The position numbers and the translations under genes are program-made. From an uncultured Gemmatimonadaceae bacterium (GTDB lineage Bacteria > Gemmatimonadota > Gemmatimonadetes > Gemmatimonadales > Gemmatimonadaceae), in the NCBI GenBank assembly GCA_963716745.1, contig OY970320.1:1664001-1728000 (forward strand): DNA of 64,000 bases. Reading direction: 5' to 3'. Under the pieces are notes generated by a model that saw only the letters and a program-made list of their open reading frames with translations, was not told the origin of the DNA and searched no databases. Positions 60,426 through 64,000 of this stretch are shown in pieces. Within the stretch, counting starts at the first letter, position 1. The number at the start of each line of letters is the position of its first letter.

Positions 60426-62402
60426 CGGCTGGATCTCAAAAGTGAACGGCAGCTCCACACACTGTGCGACCTTCCGTCCATTCAACTCCGCCGCCACGAA
60501 TTTCCACTTCGGCATCACATCCTGTACCGCGTCCACGAATCCGGCATTCGTCGCGGCGGTCACTTTCAGGCTTCCGGACTGCATCTTGCCCGTCGAATCG
60601 ACGATCAATTGCACGGTCACGCTGCCGCCCTGGCCGCTGATCGAGCGCGGGTGCTTCGGCGCCGGGCCCGAACCTACCGCCGGTTTCGTGACGGCCCACA
60701 CCGGCAACGCTCGACCGCCGCACGGCGAACTGCGCTCCAAGTCGAACACCACGACGCCGCCCACGATCGTCCGAATCACTTTCGCGTCGCGGATGGTCTC
60801 CGGCGCAACGGTCGTGATGTCGCGGTCGATCATGGCGAAGTCCGCCAGTTTGCCCACTTCGATCGAGCCTTTCTCCCTCTCCTGGAATTCAGCGTACGCG
60901 CCGTTGATAGTGTACGCGCGCAATGCCTCCTCAACGGTGATCTTCTCCTCGGGCACCCAGCCGCCGGGATTCTTGTCGTCGAGCGTGCGGCGCGTGACCG
61001 CCGCGTAGATGCCGTAGAGCGGGATCGCGGGTGCGACGCTCCAGTCGGAGCCGAACGCGACGGTCGCCTTCGCGTCGATGAGCGAGCGGAACGCATACGT
61101 GTACCGGCTGCGGTCCTTGCCGATCACGGTGTCCACCCAGCGCCCGTCATCGATCGCGTGATAGGGCTGCATGCTCGGGATCACGCCGAGTTCGGCGAAG
61201 CGCGGGATATCCTGCGGCGAGAGATGCTGCGCGTGCTCGATGCGGAAGCGGCGGTCGCGCGGGCCGTTCTCCTTCTCCACGCGCGCGAAGATGTCGAGCT
61301 GCGTCCTGATGGCGCGGTCGCCGATCGCGTGCACCATCACCTGCAGCCCCGCGCGGTCGGCGCCGGACGTCCACGCATACAGATCGTCGGCCGGCGTCAC
61401 CCAGCAGGCCGCTGTCGTTCGGCGCATCGTTGAACGGCCGCAGCATGAGCGCGGTGTGCGACCCGATCGAACCGTCGACGAACGCCTTCAACCCGCCGAT
61501 CTGGATCCATTCGTCGCCGTGCCCGCGCTTGTAGACCGTATCGCGGAGCTGCTCCCACGTGCGGAGCGGCGCCACCGCGTAGATGCGGGTGATGAGCTTC
61601 CCCGCCTTTTGCGCGCGCTGGAATACGCCGAGGTCCCACCAGGTGTAGCCCATGTTCACGACCGACGTGACGCCGTGCGACGCGACGTACTGCATCCCGT
61701 TCTGCAGCGCCTTGTCCGCGAGCTCGGGCGGCGGATCGGGGATCACGTCGTCCACGAGACTCTGCGCGTTGTCCTTGAGGATGCCGGTGGGATCGCCGTT
61801 GGGCGCGCGCACGATGCGGCCGCCGGCGGGGTCCTTCGTGTCCTTGGTGACCTTCGCGGCTGCGAGGGCGAGCGAGTTCGCGAGCGACATGTGGCCGTCG
61901 AGCCGCGTCACCCACACCGGATTGTCGGGGGTGACGGAGTCGATCCAGGACTTGTTGGGGAGTTCGCCGCCCCAGAGCGAGTGGTCCCAATCGCCTCCCA
62001 GGATCCATGCGCCCTTGGGCATCTTAGCGGCGTAGGCCTTGAGTCGTGCCGCGAATTCCGCTGGTGTGGCCGCGGTGCGCAGTTGCACGGACGTGAGCCC
62101 GAACGACGAGCCGATGAAGTGCACGTGCGAATCGATGAAGCCGGGGGTCACCAACCCGCCCTTGGCGTCGATGACGCTTGCGTATTGGCGTCGGTGAGCT
62201 TCTGGATGCTGGCGCTCGACCCCACGGCCGCGATGCGGTCGCCGCTCACGGCCACCGCGTCTGCCCACGGCTGCTTGGGATTCCCCGTCCACACCCGCGC
62301 ATTGACGATCGCGAGTGTGACGGCGGCTTGGGGTCGAGGCATGCCGGCGCTAGCGACGAGCGCGACGAACGCAGCGCCCGCGATAAGGATCGATTTTCTC
62401 AT
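60423..62402 (-). CDS. Secreted amidohydrolase (YtcJ/Amidohydro_3) with C-terminal TonB_C domain; frameshifts ~62181 and ~61401
   Basis: [41 protein letters not shown], then an in-frame TonB_C-like [31 protein letters not shown]. Confidence 0.85.
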
Positions 62403-62456
62403 GCGCCAACATAAGCCACCGTCATAACGGCCGGAATGCCCGCACGATCCGCATTC

Positions 62457-62517
62457 TGATCACTGCCGACTGTAGACTGTCGACTGTTGACTGGATCACT
62501 GCCGACTGTTTACCGCC
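62457..62517. repeat. (GACTGTN)n heptamer element with duplicated GATCACTGCCGACTGT
   Basis: The reverse complement resembles the 49010/60271 family (GTAAACAGTC). Confidence 0.75.
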
Positions 62518-62838
62518 TTACCGCCGTTCGATGGCGTCGCGTACATCCAGCAAGATCTCAAAGTAGAGCTGTTCCCGCCGGTATGCGAAATCCATCTGCG
62601 CCATCTGCGCCGCATCCCCCGTCGTCTTCAACCGTTCGAACGCTTCGCGATACATATCGTCCAGATTGCCGAGGATCCGTTCGCGTGACCGTGACATGTC
62701 GATCTTCCCGAGGGCTTGGAGGGTGAGGCGCGGCGGGTCCGGATTCTGCATACCCAGCAGACTCTCCTCCGCCTGCGTGGCGAGGAATTTCTTGGCGGAG
62801 TCGAGCAGGGCGCGGCGCGGTGTTGGGAGATTGGCCAT
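62518..62838 (-). CDS. Hypothetical helical protein (106 aa)
   Basis: Protein-like composition and codon usage; no motif recognised. Confidence 0.6.
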   Translation of the reverse strand: MANLPTPRRALLDSAKKFLATQAEESLLGMQNPDPPRLTLQALGKIDMSRSRERILGNLDDMYREAFERLKTTGDAAQMAQMDFAYRREQLYFEILLDVRDAIERR

Positions 62839-62907
62839 TGCACAATGGAGATGTTCGCCCAAGTTAGCCGCGGGTGATGCGGGCGGTCAACGTCACGAGA
62901 GGGAGAG

Positions 62908-64000
62908 ATGGCACCGACGCGTGACAGCGGACGATTCCGGGTACCGACGGACGAGCCACCCCCCGGCCACGAGGGGGAGTTCGTGACGTCCGATGTGCAC
63001 CGCCCCGCGCGCGAGGGGTGGCGCGTGGTGGCGCTCGCGAGCCGCCGCATGGCCGAGCCCGTGGGCATGGCCCGCCGCTTCTTCGAAGGACTCGGCCCTG
63101 GCCTCATCGCCGGCGCCGCGGACGACGATCCCTCCGGCATCTCGACCTATTCCACCGCGGGCGCCGCGTTCGGCTTCGCCACGCTCTGGACCGCGCTCTT
63201 CTCCTTCCCGCTCATGACCGCGGTGCAGTTCATGTGCGCGCGCATCGGGATGGTGTCGGGACGCGGGCTCGCCAGCGTGCTCCGCAAGTTCTATCCGCGG
63301 CCGCTGCTCCTCTTCGCGCTCGCGCTGCTGCTCGTCGCCAACACGGTGAACATCGCCGCCGACCTTGGCGGCATGGCCGACGCCACCGCGATGCTCACCG
63401 GTGCCGACAAACTGTGGTATGAGCCGGCGTACGCCCTCGTGATGCTCGTGGTGCTCGTGTTCGGCTCGTACCGCATGATCGTCCGCATCTTCAAGTGGCT
63501 CACGCTCGTGCTGTTCGCGTACGTGATCGCCGCGTTCCTCTCGCGCCCCGATTGGATGGCGGTCGCGCGCGCGACGTTCGTGCCGCACCTGGAGTTCACG
63601 CGCCAGTTCCTGATGACGCTCGTGGCGATCTTCGGCACCACGATCTCGCCCTATCTCTTCTTCTGGCAGGCGGCGCAGGCGGTGGAAGTGGACAAGAGCG
63701 CCGGCAAGGAGACGACGCTCGCGCGCATGGGCGCGACGCATGCCGAGTTGCGCGCCGCCCGTACCGACGTGATCACGGGGATGTTCTTCTCGAATTTCAT
63801 CATGTACTTCATCATCCTCACCACCGGTGCGACGCTGCATGCCCACGGCCAGACGGAGATCGCCACGGCCACGCAGGCCGCGGAGGCGCTGCGCCCGCTC
63901 GCCGGCCACTCCGCATCGTTGCTCTTCGCGCTCGGCCTCATCGGCACCGGACTGCTCGGCGTGCCCGTGCTGGCCGGATCCGTCGCGTACGCCGTGGCGG
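62908..64000 (+). CDS. Nramp family divalent metal transporter (3' truncated by window)
   Basis: Frame +1 from ATG 62908 (RBS GAGGGAG): GPGLIAGAADDDPSGISTYS, NIAADLGGM, GTTISPYLFFWQ. Confidence 0.92.
   Translation, partial: MAPTRDSGRFRVPTDEPPPGHEGEFVTSDVHRPAREGWRVVALASRRMAEPVGMARRFFEGLGPGLIAGAADDDPSGISTYSTAGAAFGFATLWTALFSFPLMTAVQFMCARIGMVSGRGLASVLRKFYPRPLLLFALALLLVANTVNIAADLGGMADATAMLTGADKLWYEPAYALVMLVVLVFGSYRMIVRIFKWLTLVLFAYVIAAFLSRPDWMAVARATFVPHLEFTRQFLMTLVAIFGTTISPYLFFWQAAQAVEVDKSAGKETTLARMGATHAELRAARTDVITGMFFSNFIMYFIILTTGATLHAHGQTEIATATQAAEALRPLAGHSASLLFALGLIGTGLLGVPVLAGSVAYAVA

Noticed and set aside
1..64000. Prophage, defence island or integrated element
   Set aside because: No integrase, transposase, phage or recognisable defence genes. 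The helicase, kinases and HNH are dispersed among housekeeping genes with uniform composition.

Overview
This is a GC-rich (about 68-70% by eye) bacterial chromosomal segment with about 47 protein-coding genes. The gene set suggests Gemmatimonadota (inference): tandem Hanks kinases, a giant Ig-repeat lipoprotein, BNR/M14/S9/DUF885 secreted hydrolases and a fused E1 alpha/beta. It is mostly housekeeping and envelope content: dnaE2 end, ABC exporter, mocA/xdhC, sixA with CHAD-CYTH, ispH, ldcA, two helicases, a fused LeuD-LeuC-type aconitase, lon, PBP1A, nadE, an MCP, 2-oxoacid dehydrogenase E1 and Nramp. I found no rRNA, tRNA, CRISPR array, integrase or transposase. About ten frameshifts, nearly all +1 insertions, break conserved genes after 25.7 kb and look like long-read errors. 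Main highlights: (1) about 16 intergenic repeats, mostly palindromic and built from different 7-mers (one from a 9-mer), many of which begin with AACNRC at or overlapping stop codons; (2) an Rdx/SelW selenoprotein with CxxU and a SECIS hairpin that the ORF track missed; (3) a DExH helicase with a probable CTG start and a motif Ia-like segment placed before Walker A; (4) a secreted amidohydrolase fused to a TonB C-terminal domain; (5) a secreted Arg/Gly/Tyr repeat protein with no acidic residues; (6) a coupled pair of kinase-2TM-coiled-coil proteins.
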